The notes below the pieces were generated by a model, which saw only the letters and a program-made list of their open reading frames with translations, did no database searches and was not told the DNA's origin. Shown here one piece after another: positions 19,416 to 27,664 of a stretch of 64,000 nucleotides of DNA (position 1 is its first letter; each line of letters begins with the position of its first letter). Position numbers and translations under genes: made by a program. Source of the DNA: an uncultured Candidatus Saccharibacteria bacterium (GTDB lineage: Bacteria > Patescibacteriota > Andersenbacteria > UBA10190); assembly GCA_964610055.1 (NCBI GenBank), contig CAZSUC010000001.1:6021-70020 (forward strand), in the 5' to 3' direction.

Positions 19416-19540
19416 ACAACCCTCCTGTGCGTTGAACGCACCAAAAAGAACAACTTGTAAAACAACAATTTTCTTAAACTACCCTATTTTATCTGAAATT
19501 ACAACTGTTCAAACTAGTCTCCCTGCAGTATATTTCCCCT

Positions 19541-19864
19541 ATGCTTATCACATCCACCCCTACCGTCGCTAATCATGACATTACCGCAACGCTAGGACTT
19601 GTTCGTGGCAGTACTATTCGCGCTAAACACATTGGCAAAGATATTATCGCCGGACTGCGCACAATTATTGGCGGTGAAATAGTCGAGTACACCGAAGCTA
19701 TGCAAGAAGCGCGGGATCAAGCTACACAACGCATGATAGCCGAAGCAGAAACATTGCATGCCGATGCTATCGTCAGCGTCCATTACACCACTTCCCAAGT
19801 TATGACCGGCGCAGCCGAATTACTTGTTTACGGTACTGCCGTTACTCTCAAAAAACGCGCCTAA
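19541..19864 (+). CDS. YbjQ/UPF0145 family protein
   Basis: 107 aa: ITATLGLVRGSTIRAKHIGKDIIAGLRTIIGGEIVEYTEAMQEARDQA...AIVSVHY. Confidence 0.7.
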   Translation: MLITSTPTVANHDITATLGLVRGSTIRAKHIGKDIIAGLRTIIGGEIVEYTEAMQEARDQATQRMIAEAETLHADAIVSVHYTTSQVMTGAAELLVYGTAVTLKKRA

Positions 19865-19865
19865 C

Positions 19866-20591
19866 ATGGAACTGCTTTTTCTCGATACCGAAACCACCGG
19901 CAACGATATTAAGAATGATCGTTTATGCCAGGTCAGTTATCAGACTCAAGCCGGCATTAGAACAGAACTATTCCAACCGCCTCTGCCAATCTCAGTTAAA
20001 GCAATGAGCATCACCCATATTACAAACGATATGGTTGCTGACAAACCATCTTTTGCTCACAGCCCCATGTACTCTGAACTTGAACAGTTGCTCACTGATC
20101 ATATTCTCGTTGCTCATAATGCTCCGTTTGATGTTGCCATGCTTACCGCTGAAGGACTACGCATCCCAACTTATATCTGCACTCTGCGCCTCGTTTCTTT
20201 CCTAGATGAAGACGGCGAAATCCCAGAATATAACCTGCAATACCTACGCTATTTCCTTAATCTAAATGTTGCTAACGCTCACGCGCATGATGCTGAAGGT
20301 GATGTTCTTGTGTTAACCGCCCTTTTTCAACACTTAATGACAAAAATGCTCTCTCGAGTTTCTGATCCAAATGAGGCCTTGGCCCAAATGATTCAAATTT
20401 CACAACAACCTTTCCTGCGCCGTACCTTCAAATTTGGCAAATATCGCGGTGCTAAAATCGCTGACATTGCTCAACAAGACCCCGGCTACCTCGAATGGCT
20501 ACTTCAGCAAAAAATGGCTGACGGTGACCCCAACGATCCCGACACTGAAACATGGATTTATTCTCTTAAGCACCATCTCGGTCGCTCTTAA
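19866..20591 (+). CDS. DEDDh 3'-5' exonuclease (DnaQ/ExoX-like) with a C-terminal ExoX-type domain
   Basis: Exo I motif LFLDTETTG, HNAPFD, and HDAEGD at the exo III region. The C-terminus has FGKYRGAKIADIAQQDPGYLEWLL. The start is taken at the internal Met after the YbjQ stop. Confidence 0.75.
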   Translation: MELLFLDTETTGNDIKNDRLCQVSYQTQAGIRTELFQPPLPISVKAMSITHITNDMVADKPSFAHSPMYSELEQLLTDHILVAHNAPFDVAMLTAEGLRIPTYICTLRLVSFLDEDGEIPEYNLQYLRYFLNLNVANAHAHDAEGDVLVLTALFQHLMTKMLSRVSDPNEALAQMIQISQQPFLRRTFKFGKYRGAKIADIAQQDPGYLEWLLQQKMADGDPNDPDTETWIYSLKHHLGRS

Positions 20592-20667
20592 TCTCAACTT
20601 GACGAATAAGCTTAAAAGCCTAAGCTAAACCCATCCTGGTTCTTTACTTTCTCAAGGAGAGAGACCG

Positions 20668-20934
20668 ATGCAAGCAGAACTGGCTGAAATCATGTCCGTA
20701 TCTTTTGTCCTGGCCAAGCTCATGGTTACCGCTCTCTGCATTGGCCTCCTCGGAGCCATGGCCTCTTACTTTTTCTCCTGGGCCAAGATCCGAAAACGGC
20801 CACATCGTTTCGTTTTATCCACCGAGGCAGTTCATCGCACCTATACCCGGGAAATCAAGCTTAATTGCCTCTTTTCCGGATTCGCCTGCTTCGCAATCAG
20901 CTTGTTATTTCTCATCAGGTTCTACCTGAAATAA
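20668..20934 (+). CDS. Small hypothetical membrane protein (2 TM)
   Basis: AAGGAGAG SD, hydrophobic segments, and a terminator follows. Confidence 0.45.
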   Translation: MQAELAEIMSVSFVLAKLMVTALCIGLLGAMASYFFSWAKIRKRPHRFVLSTEAVHRTYTREIKLNCLFSGFACFAISLLFLIRFYLK

Positions 20935-20962
20935 CACGCTCATGTGCCTGCTCGTCAATTCA

Positions 20963-20987
20963 CCCGCCAATCACGGCGGGTTTTCTT
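20963..20987 (+). terminator. Rho-independent terminator
   Basis: CCCGCC-aatcac-GGCGGG followed by TTTTCTT. Confidence 0.65.
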
Positions 20988-21834
20988 ACTTTAATTGCAT
21001 CTCAGTTACTAGTCGCTGCGCTTCAGCCTGAATTTTAGCCACAACTTGATCGCTGAACTCTGCCTTTTGTTTCAGCTTATCTGCCGGCATTTCTGCTGCC
21101 TGCGTTACTAAAACAATCCCTTGAGCGCTCATTGCTTGCCATTCCGCACTACCAACTGCCTCCAACACCGTTACCGGATACAACCCTTTTGTTTCAATAA
21201 TTTGCGCTAAATTTCCTCGATCCGGATATCGCCAAGCAATAATTTTCATCCCCACACATTTACCATACGCCGCCGCATCAGACGTCACTTTTGTATTTGT
21301 CACCACCCATGCTCGGTAATTCCTTCCGTCCGTCTGCGCAATATCTAAATACCGCGCGTAAGCCGCTAAAGTTACCTTTACATCCGAACGCGTTCCGGAT
21401 TGGTTGTGATATTTACATTCAATTAAATTACGTCTATCGCCTTTATCCGCCACCACATCAACTTCGTGCTGCACACATTCACCTGCTACCAATTGGCTCA
21501 CTTTCACCTTATACCCATAAAACCGTAATACTGCTCCAATATACTGCTCAAACGGATAGCCACTCGGACCCATTCTCATCATTGCTTTCTTTAAAGAATA
21601 TCGAGCGGCTAAAACCGGTTGTTCTCGCTTTAATTCCGCAAATGTCGCCTCATATACTTCACTCGAAGTCACACTTGCCCCTAGAGCTTTCTCTACTTTT
21701 TTCGCCGTACTCCGTGCTAAAGCCTCGCTTACCCCCGCCCGCTCCAAAGAAGAGACGATTTTGTTAGCATTAAAATTTTCTTCAACTCCGCTTGCTTTCC
21801 GTACTCTTGGCTCCATACCCATATACCTTCCCAT
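20986..21834 (-). CDS. ATP-cone domain fused to a Mrr-like PD-(D/E)xK restriction-endonuclease domain
   Basis: N-terminus VRKASGVEENFNANKIVSSLERAGV (ATP-cone, as in NrdR/RNR). The core is HEVDVVADKGDRRNLIECKYHNQ (D...ExK). Confidence 0.65.
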   Translation of the reverse strand: MGRYMGMEPRVRKASGVEENFNANKIVSSLERAGVSEALARSTAKKVEKALGASVTSSEVYEATFAELKREQPVLAARYSLKKAMMRMGPSGYPFEQYIGAVLRFYGYKVKVSQLVAGECVQHEVDVVADKGDRRNLIECKYHNQSGTRSDVKVTLAAYARYLDIAQTDGRNYRAWVVTNTKVTSDAAAYGKCVGMKIIAWRYPDRGNLAQIIETKGLYPVTVLEAVGSAEWQAMSAQGIVLVTQAAEMPADKLKQKAEFSDQVVAKIQAEAQRLVTEMQLK

Positions 21835-21864
21835 ACTTGCCTCAAAAATTCCATTCCTTTACTC

Positions 21865-21893
21865 TTGACACCTTCATTCTTCAAATATATATT
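21865..21893 (+). promoter_or_regulatory. Sigma70-like promoter for the arsR-grx-gdh unit
   Basis: TTGACA, a 17-bp spacer, then TATATT, about 30 nt upstream of the arsR ATG. Confidence 0.45.
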
Positions 21894-21922
21894 TAAGTAA
21901 TTAGTTAAACTATTAAACATTC

Positions 21923-22207
21923 ATGTCACCCTCACAACCACCTTTAGCCGACATTTTTGCTGCCTTAGCTGACACTACCAGACTTCAAATTTATCGCCGT
22001 CTTTTACGTCAACGTAATATCTGTGTCAGTGATTTAGCTGTCACTGCCGGCATTTCTGTTCCCGCTGCTTCCCAGCATCTCCAAATTTTAGAACGAGCTG
22101 GATTTATTACCCGCCAACGCCAGGGTCAAAAAGTATGCTACTGCACACATACTAATACTGCCCTCGTGCGCGCTTTAACTAAGTTAATTAAAGAATATAA
22201 ACCTTAA
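21923..22207 (+). CDS. ArsR/SmtB-family transcriptional regulator
   Basis: wHTH: LADTTRLQIYRRLLRQRNICVSDLAVTAGISVPAASQHLQILERAGFI. Confidence 0.75.
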   Translation: MSPSQPPLADIFAALADTTRLQIYRRLLRQRNICVSDLAVTAGISVPAASQHLQILERAGFITRQRQGQKVCYCTHTNTALVRALTKLIKEYKP

Positions 22208-22217
22208 CTAAATCATT

Positions 22218-22451
22218 ATGAACAACGTTACTATCTACACCACGCCTACTTGCGGTTATTGCCACATGGCCAAAGAATTTTTGAACTCACATAATATCGC
22301 TTTCACGGAAAAAGATGTGTCTCAAGATCAAGCCGCTGTCCAAGAAATGATGACTAAAAGCGGACAAATGGGAGTCCCTGTGATTGATGTTAACGGTCAA
22401 ATCATTATTGGTTTTGATCAAGTCCGCCTCATTCAAGCCCTGTCCGTATAA
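22218..22451 (+). CDS. Glutaredoxin-like protein (NrdH/Grx, CGYC active site)
   Basis: 77 aa, VTIYTTPTCGYCHMAKEFL, thioredoxin fold pattern. Confidence 0.7.
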   Translation: MNNVTIYTTPTCGYCHMAKEFLNSHNIAFTEKDVSQDQAAVQEMMTKSGQMGVPVIDVNGQIIIGFDQVRLIQALSV

Positions 22452-22459
22452 TTACATAA

Positions 22460-23800
22460 ATGTCTGCGTCTATTTCTAGTCCGTTCGAACGGACTCTGCA
22501 TCAGGTTGGCCGTAAAATGCAGGCTCACCCTGACATCCTGACCCTTCTCTCTCGTCCTCAAAAAGTGATTCAGTTAGAAATCCCTTTACTACGCGATAAC
22601 GGCCACCTTGAAATCTTTCATGGCTATCGCGTCCAACATAACAATGCCCGCGGACCTTTTAAAGGCGGTATTCGCTTTCATCCGAATGTCGACGAAAACG
22701 AAATTAGAATGTTAGCTGCTTGGATGACCATCAAAACCGCTGTCGTCAATATTCCCTATGGCGGTGCTAAAGGCGGAATCGCTGTCGATCCTCGTACTCT
22801 TAGCGACCGAGAACTACAACAACTTTCTCGTCGCTTTATCGAACGCCTCGGCACTAACATTGGTCCACATACTGATATTCCCGCCCCTGATATGAACACC
22901 AACGACCAAATCATGGCCTGGTTCACGGATGAATATTCTCGTCTTAATGCGGATCATCAGTCCGCCCTCGCAACTTTCACCGGCAAACCTATTTCGCTCG
23001 GCGGTAGTTTAGGCCGCGATGCCGCAACTGGCCGCGGTGGACTTTTCGCCTTACAAACTTATCTCTCCAGTCATCAGTCTCAGTTTAAACATCGTCCCCT
23101 AACTGTGGCCGTTCAAGGTTTTGGTAATGTCGGTTCTCATTTTGCTCGCCTCGCTGACGAAGCTGGCTTCAAAGTTATTGCTATCTCCGATGTCGATGGC
23201 GGTATTTATCATCCTGATGGTCTTGATATTTCCGCTACCATCACCGCTCAAGCAGCCGGCGGAAAACTAACTCGTAATATTTGTTATCCCAAACTCAGCT
23301 TAAACGAAGCAAGCCAATCTAACGCCGCATGTCGCCCTATTACCAACCAAGAATTGCTTGAATTAGATGTCGATATTCTTGTCCCGGCCGCAATTGAAAA
23401 TCAAATTACTGCTGCTAATGTCAATCAAATCAAAGCTCGTTTAATTCTTGAACTTGCAAACGGACCCATCACACCAGACGCCGATATTGTTCTTAATCGC
23501 CGTCACATTCCTGTCATTCCAGACGTTCTGGCTAATGCCGGTGGAGTTACGGTTAGTTATTACGAATGGACTCAAAATCTACAAAATCTTTACTGGACTG
23601 AAACAGAAGTTAACCAAAAACTTCATCACACTCTAACTACCGCTACCCAACAAGTTATTCATTTAACTCAACAATATCACTGCACCTTACGTGAAGCGGC
23701 CTATCGAGTCGCCTTAGAACGGCTGCAAGAAACTATGTTGCTCCGTGGTTGGGCCAATCCACGTCACACTGATACCGTTGGTCACGTACATCATCGCTAA
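22460..23800 (+). CDS. gdh: Glutamate dehydrogenase (Glu/Leu/Phe/Val dehydrogenase family)
   Basis: FKGGIRFHP and GGAKGGI catalytic Lys region, Rossmann GFGNVG. Confidence 0.85.
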   Translation: MSASISSPFERTLHQVGRKMQAHPDILTLLSRPQKVIQLEIPLLRDNGHLEIFHGYRVQHNNARGPFKGGIRFHPNVDENEIRMLAAWMTIKTAVVNIPYGGAKGGIAVDPRTLSDRELQQLSRRFIERLGTNIGPHTDIPAPDMNTNDQIMAWFTDEYSRLNADHQSALATFTGKPISLGGSLGRDAATGRGGLFALQTYLSSHQSQFKHRPLTVAVQGFGNVGSHFARLADEAGFKVIAISDVDGGIYHPDGLDISATITAQAAGGKLTRNICYPKLSLNEASQSNAACRPITNQELLELDVDILVPAAIENQITAANVNQIKARLILELANGPITPDADIVLNRRHIPVIPDVLANAGGVTVSYYEWTQNLQNLYWTETEVNQKLHHTLTTATQQVIHLTQQYHCTLREAAYRVALERLQETMLLRGWANPRHTDTVGHVHHR

Positions 23801-23870
23801 CTTGCTTGATTTTCTTGTCCCGATCGTTATCTTCGGCTATTCTGCCAATATAATTCGTTAAATATTTTCT

Positions 23871-24821
23871 ATGAACGCCTCTCGTTCTACCCTTTTATTC
23901 ATCCTCACTGCTATCCTCTTGCTTGGCTTAGCCCTATTCGCCGCTAACCACTTCTCCACTTCTTCAAACCAGAGCAATTCCGGTCAATTGCAAATTGCCA
24001 CCACTATCTTCCCTTTGACTGACATCGCTCAGCAAATCGGCGGCGACAACATTGCCATTACTCAACTCCTACCTAGCGGGGCCTCTCCTCACTCTTACAC
24101 CTTAACCCCTCAACAAGTTGCCGATTTAGGCTCCGCTCAAACCCTGTTTATCATTGGTCATAGCCTGGATGATTGGGCTTCTAAACCTGCAACTGCCGCT
24201 GGTATCCCTATTACCACTGTCGATACCGACATTACCCTATTACCCTTTATCGGTGGCCATGACCACGATCACGACACTGATACCGAACACGAAGATGAAG
24301 ACGAAGAAGAATCTTCTGATGGCTTAGATCCACACTATTGGCTTACCGTTCCTAACGGACAGCAAATTGCCCGCAACATTGCCGCTCGTCTTCAAGAACT
24401 CGATCCCGTTCATGCTGATATCTACGCCGCTAACTTATCATCTTATCTCCAACAGTTAGACACCCTGGAAAACGAACTGCAAGACATTACTTCTTCAGCC
24501 ACTCAACCTCATTTCATGACCATTCATAACGCCTGGTCATATTTAGCCAACCAATATCACTTTGAACTTGTTGATACTTACGAACCCGAAGAAGGTCAAT
24601 CGCCAACTCTCGCTGACCTCCAGCACCTTCAAGCTTCTATCAACCAATACGGTCTCAAAACTTTCTACACTGAGCCCCAAAAACAATCCTCCGCTGGTAT
24701 CCGCCTCATTGAGCAAGAACTTGGCCTTTCAATCAAAACTCTTGATCCTCTTGGTGGCATTGAGGATCGTTCCAGCTTCGCCGATCTAATGCGCTATAAC
24801 ATCACACAACTGGCTAACTAG
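23871..24821 (+). CDS. Metal ABC transporter substrate-binding protein, ZnuA/TroA-like with a His/Asp/Glu-rich loop; orphan
   Basis: Signal/TM, then the GGHDHDHDTDTEHEDEDEEE loop, and LDPHYW. No adjacent permease or ATPase. Confidence 0.7.
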   Translation: MNASRSTLLFILTAILLLGLALFAANHFSTSSNQSNSGQLQIATTIFPLTDIAQQIGGDNIAITQLLPSGASPHSYTLTPQQVADLGSAQTLFIIGHSLDDWASKPATAAGIPITTVDTDITLLPFIGGHDHDHDTDTEHEDEDEEESSDGLDPHYWLTVPNGQQIARNIAARLQELDPVHADIYAANLSSYLQQLDTLENELQDITSSATQPHFMTIHNAWSYLANQYHFELVDTYEPEEGQSPTLADLQHLQASINQYGLKTFYTEPQKQSSAGIRLIEQELGLSIKTLDPLGGIEDRSSFADLMRYNITQLAN

Positions 24822-24879
24822 CCCTTGACCTATCTCTTAAACCCTGATACAGTCAGCAGCACTCGTTGTTCATTTTTCT

Positions 24880-24888
24880 CCCCCCCCC
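24880..24888 (+). repeat. C9 homopolymer tract in the csrA 5' region
   Basis: ctccccccccctg lies 34 nt upstream of the csrA ATG, between a TTGACC box and the SD. Confidence 0.7.
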
Positions 24889-24921
24889 TGATTACGCCAC
24901 CACTGGCGAAAGGAGGCGTCC

Positions 24922-25125
24922 ATGTTGGTTTTGTCTCGCAAAAAGGATGAATGCATCATCATCGGTGATGGTATCATCATCACCGTAGTGGACATCCGAG
25001 GCGACAAAGTTCGCCTCGGCATCACTGCCCCCGCAGAAATCCCGGTACACCGCCGGGAAATCTATGAAGCGATTCAGCGCGAAAACCTTCGTGCTGCGCA
25101 ACAAGACACTGACCTCCAGCCGTAA
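24922..25125 (+). CDS. csrA: Carbon storage regulator CsrA
   Basis: MLVLSRKKDECIIIGDGIIITVVDIRGDKVRLGITAPAEIPVHRREIY aligns closely with the CsrA consensus. AAAGGAGG SD. Confidence 0.85.
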   Translation: MLVLSRKKDECIIIGDGIIITVVDIRGDKVRLGITAPAEIPVHRREIYEAIQRENLRAAQQDTDLQP

Positions 25126-25135
25126 GCCACACACA

Positions 25136-25164
25136 GCGCATCCTCGGATGCGCTTCTTTATTTC
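25136..25164 (+). terminator. Rho-independent terminator after csrA
   Basis: GCGCATCC-tcg-GGATGCGC followed by TTCTTTATTT. Confidence 0.7.
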
Positions 25165-25165
25165 C

Positions 25166-26011
25166 CTATTCCCAACTTTTCAGCACCTGATCGTAAATTT
25201 CCGGTGTCGACACATCAAACCATTGCCCAGCAAACGGATATCCTGATAGTACATTTCGCTCTGCCAATTTAGGAAAAACGTCTTTCTCTAAAGCATAGCG
25301 CTTTTTCTCACCCTCACCTTTTGGAATTAGCCCTATCACTTTTTTATCAACCACCGCACATCCCGCAAACACTAAATGTGACACCCCGGGTTTTAATTCC
25401 GGTTTTTCTTTGAACTCCACCACTCGACTACCACGCATCTTAACGGCACCATACGCTGACGGATCTGCCACTGACGACAAAGCTAGTGTCGCCCAGCTTC
25501 CTCCCATTGCCTGATGCGATTCTAATAAATCCGTCACGTCTACATCCATTAACACATCCCCGTACATTAACAAAAACGGCGACTTTTTAATGTAAGCCGC
25601 TGCACTCCGTAACGCCCCTGCTGTCCCCGTTAATCTTTTCTCTTTAATATACTTAATCCTAACCCCAAACCGCGTCCCATCCCCAAAATATTCTTGAATT
25701 TTATTCGCCAAATGACTAACCGTAATGATAATCTCCTGAAATCCATGTGTGCGTAAATTTTCAATTGTATATTCCAACAACGGCTTCCCATGAACCGGAA
25801 TCAACGGCTTTGGCACTTCATACGTAAATGGACGTAATGACACGCCGCGTCCACTCGCCAAAATCACCGCTTGAGTACTATTCGACCGAAACGATTTCGA
25901 TAACACGTATTCCAGCGCGTGTGAACGATTGCGCAATTTCTCACCATCAATCATCTCGTCCAACGAGCGCAATAGATCACGTCTAATTGTTACTGTAATT
26001 CTGGTTCTCAT
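25166..26011 (-). CDS. Ribbon-helix-helix (CopG-like) domain fused to a sugar-phosphate nucleotidyltransferase
   Basis: MRTRITVTIRRDLLRSLDEMIDGEKLRNRSHALEYVL (RHH), then ILASGRGVSLRPFTYEVPKPLIPVHGKPLLEY (NTP_transferase G-loop). The track ORF extends to a GTG at 26143; the Met at 26011 is the likelier start. Confidence 0.65.
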   Translation of the reverse strand: MRTRITVTIRRDLLRSLDEMIDGEKLRNRSHALEYVLSKSFRSNSTQAVILASGRGVSLRPFTYEVPKPLIPVHGKPLLEYTIENLRTHGFQEIIITVSHLANKIQEYFGDGTRFGVRIKYIKEKRLTGTAGALRSAAAYIKKSPFLLMYGDVLMDVDVTDLLESHQAMGGSWATLALSSVADPSAYGAVKMRGSRVVEFKEKPELKPGVSHLVFAGCAVVDKKVIGLIPKGEGEKKRYALEKDVFPKLAERNVLSGYPFAGQWFDVSTPEIYDQVLKSWE

Positions 26012-26096
26012 AGACCACTTTGCAAAATAGCTTTCCTCACCCAAAAGTTCAAGCCGTGCTATAATTAGCTTACCATTTTTAATCCACACTAACTTT

Positions 26097-26246
26097 ATGC
26101 CCAAGAAGACTCGCTGTAAACCGAACGCCAAAGGCACAACCACGCATCAACCATCACCGGTTATCGCCTGGTCATTAATCTGTTTTGTTTCCGCCTTAAT
26201 CGCCATTACCGTTTACGTTGGCGTCAATAGCTTAGTCGTTGTTTAA
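26097..26246 (+). CDS. Possible 49-aa protein with a C-terminal TM helix (MPKKTRCKPNAKGTTTHQ...)
   Basis: Open frame overlapping the 5' extension of the minus ORF. There is no SD. Confidence 0.15.
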   Translation: MPKKTRCKPNAKGTTTHQPSPVIAWSLICFVSALIAITVYVGVNSLVVV

Positions 26247-26253
26247 TACCGGA

Positions 26254-27321
26254 TTACTCCACCGGATCAATATCAATTGTTGTTACAAAGCCGGCATGAT
26301 CATATTCCCATACGATCTCGCCGGTTTTTGGATTAACTTCAATAATCCGCCCACGTCCCGCCTCCGCCACCAATAAATTCCCTGTCGCTAATTTAATTAC
26401 GTCTGATGGATATTTCACTGTACTGCCATCCGCAAACGTATTCCAAGTCCATAATCTCTGACTATTTTGATCTAACTCAAAAATCTCATGTTTTTGCCTG
26501 TCTTCCATAACTAATGTGCCTTCCGGCGTATACCACACATGCTGAATCCATTTCACGTCCGGTACTTCCCACGTATATTCCAATTGATTACTTTCTCGAT
26601 CAACTAAAAATACCTTCTCTTCTAAAGTATCAGTTATTAAAAATTTAGTGTTATTTTCAATCGGCCGCACTGACGTATTTCCGCGCAGCAATCCCGGCCC
26701 GCTTCCCATTTTTTTCGTCACGCCATACTGCCAAACAATTTCATTTGTATTTTGATCTACTATAATCACTCGCCGATTATTGCCATCGTTAATTAACACC
26801 TCATGGTCATTTAATTTCCACGATTTATCCGGCTGATGCAGTTGTCCTCCGGCATAATCTTGCTTGTCTTTTACTCCGTACTGCCAAACCAACTCGTGTT
26901 TTTCTCGGCTAATTTCTTGCACCATCATTCCGTCTCCGTCCGCCACAATCAAATTTCCATTCGGCGCCACAGTTACATATTCAGTATTAGTTGCATAACT
27001 TGCCGTTGGTATCGGCGGACTTCCCATTTGTTGATACCATATCTCTTTCCCAGTTCGATCCACCGCCCCAATTGCATCTCCTTCAAAATCCGAATACCAA
27101 ATCAGCTCAAAATCAGACGGTGCTTCCGTTACTTCTTCTTCCGGCTCACTCAAGCGTGTCACATTCTGAGCTATCGGCAAAAACCTTGTCACCGCCGCCT
27201 CCTTAACCGTTAGTCCTGGCTGTTTTTTCATTTCCCACCCAACCAATCCTATTCCTATTATTACTACCAGCGTTAGCCATAATCCTATCATCAATAACCC
27301 CACACTCAGCCAACGCTTCAT
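26254..27321 (-). CDS. Membrane-anchored beta-propeller repeat protein
   Basis: N-terminal TM and six or more repeats of the E-I/L-V-W-Q/E-Y-G type (KEIWYQQMG, HELVWQYGV, NEIVWQYGV, GEIVWEYDH). Confidence 0.5.
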   Translation of the reverse strand: MKRWLSVGLLMIGLWLTLVVIIGIGLVGWEMKKQPGLTVKEAAVTRFLPIAQNVTRLSEPEEEVTEAPSDFELIWYSDFEGDAIGAVDRTGKEIWYQQMGSPPIPTASYATNTEYVTVAPNGNLIVADGDGMMVQEISREKHELVWQYGVKDKQDYAGGQLHQPDKSWKLNDHEVLINDGNNRRVIIVDQNTNEIVWQYGVTKKMGSGPGLLRGNTSVRPIENNTKFLITDTLEEKVFLVDRESNQLEYTWEVPDVKWIQHVWYTPEGTLVMEDRQKHEIFELDQNSQRLWTWNTFADGSTVKYPSDVIKLATGNLLVAEAGRGRIIEVNPKTGEIVWEYDHAGFVTTIDIDPVE

Positions 27322-27335
27322 AAACTATATCCCCC

Positions 27336-27611
27336 TTAAGCTGCCCACCGACCTTGCTGTATATCGTTTCGACCTTGCTTATTCCTTTTCTCAAAAAACT
27401 CGCTAATTTGGTTATTTTTGAAATAAATCAAAAACTGCCGCGCCTCATCTACTGTTAATTGATATTTACGTAAATACCCTAAAAATTCTGGTCTTTGCTC
27501 AGACGTAAGCTCTTGAGCTGTTTGTTCTAAAAACAACTGCTCATTTGGATTTTCGCTTATTGGTATATTCACCAACATATTTGGCTCATGTTCTGTTGTC
27601 ATGTTTCTCAT
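27336..27611 (-). CDS. Hypothetical protein
   Basis: 91-aa ORF directly downstream of the GT39 gene on the same strand. Confidence 0.35.
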   Translation of the reverse strand: MRNMTTEHEPNMLVNIPISENPNEQLFLEQTAQELTSEQRPEFLGYLRKYQLTVDEARQFLIYFKNNQISEFFEKRNKQGRNDIQQGRWAA

Positions 27612-27664
27612 TTAATAATCTTTCTTATAGTGTACTCTCTTCAAACCTGATTCGGCAGTTTTAG

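Noticed and set aside
24892-25134. Minus-strand ORF 24892..25134
   Set aside because: Antisense to csrA, whose homology is unambiguous.
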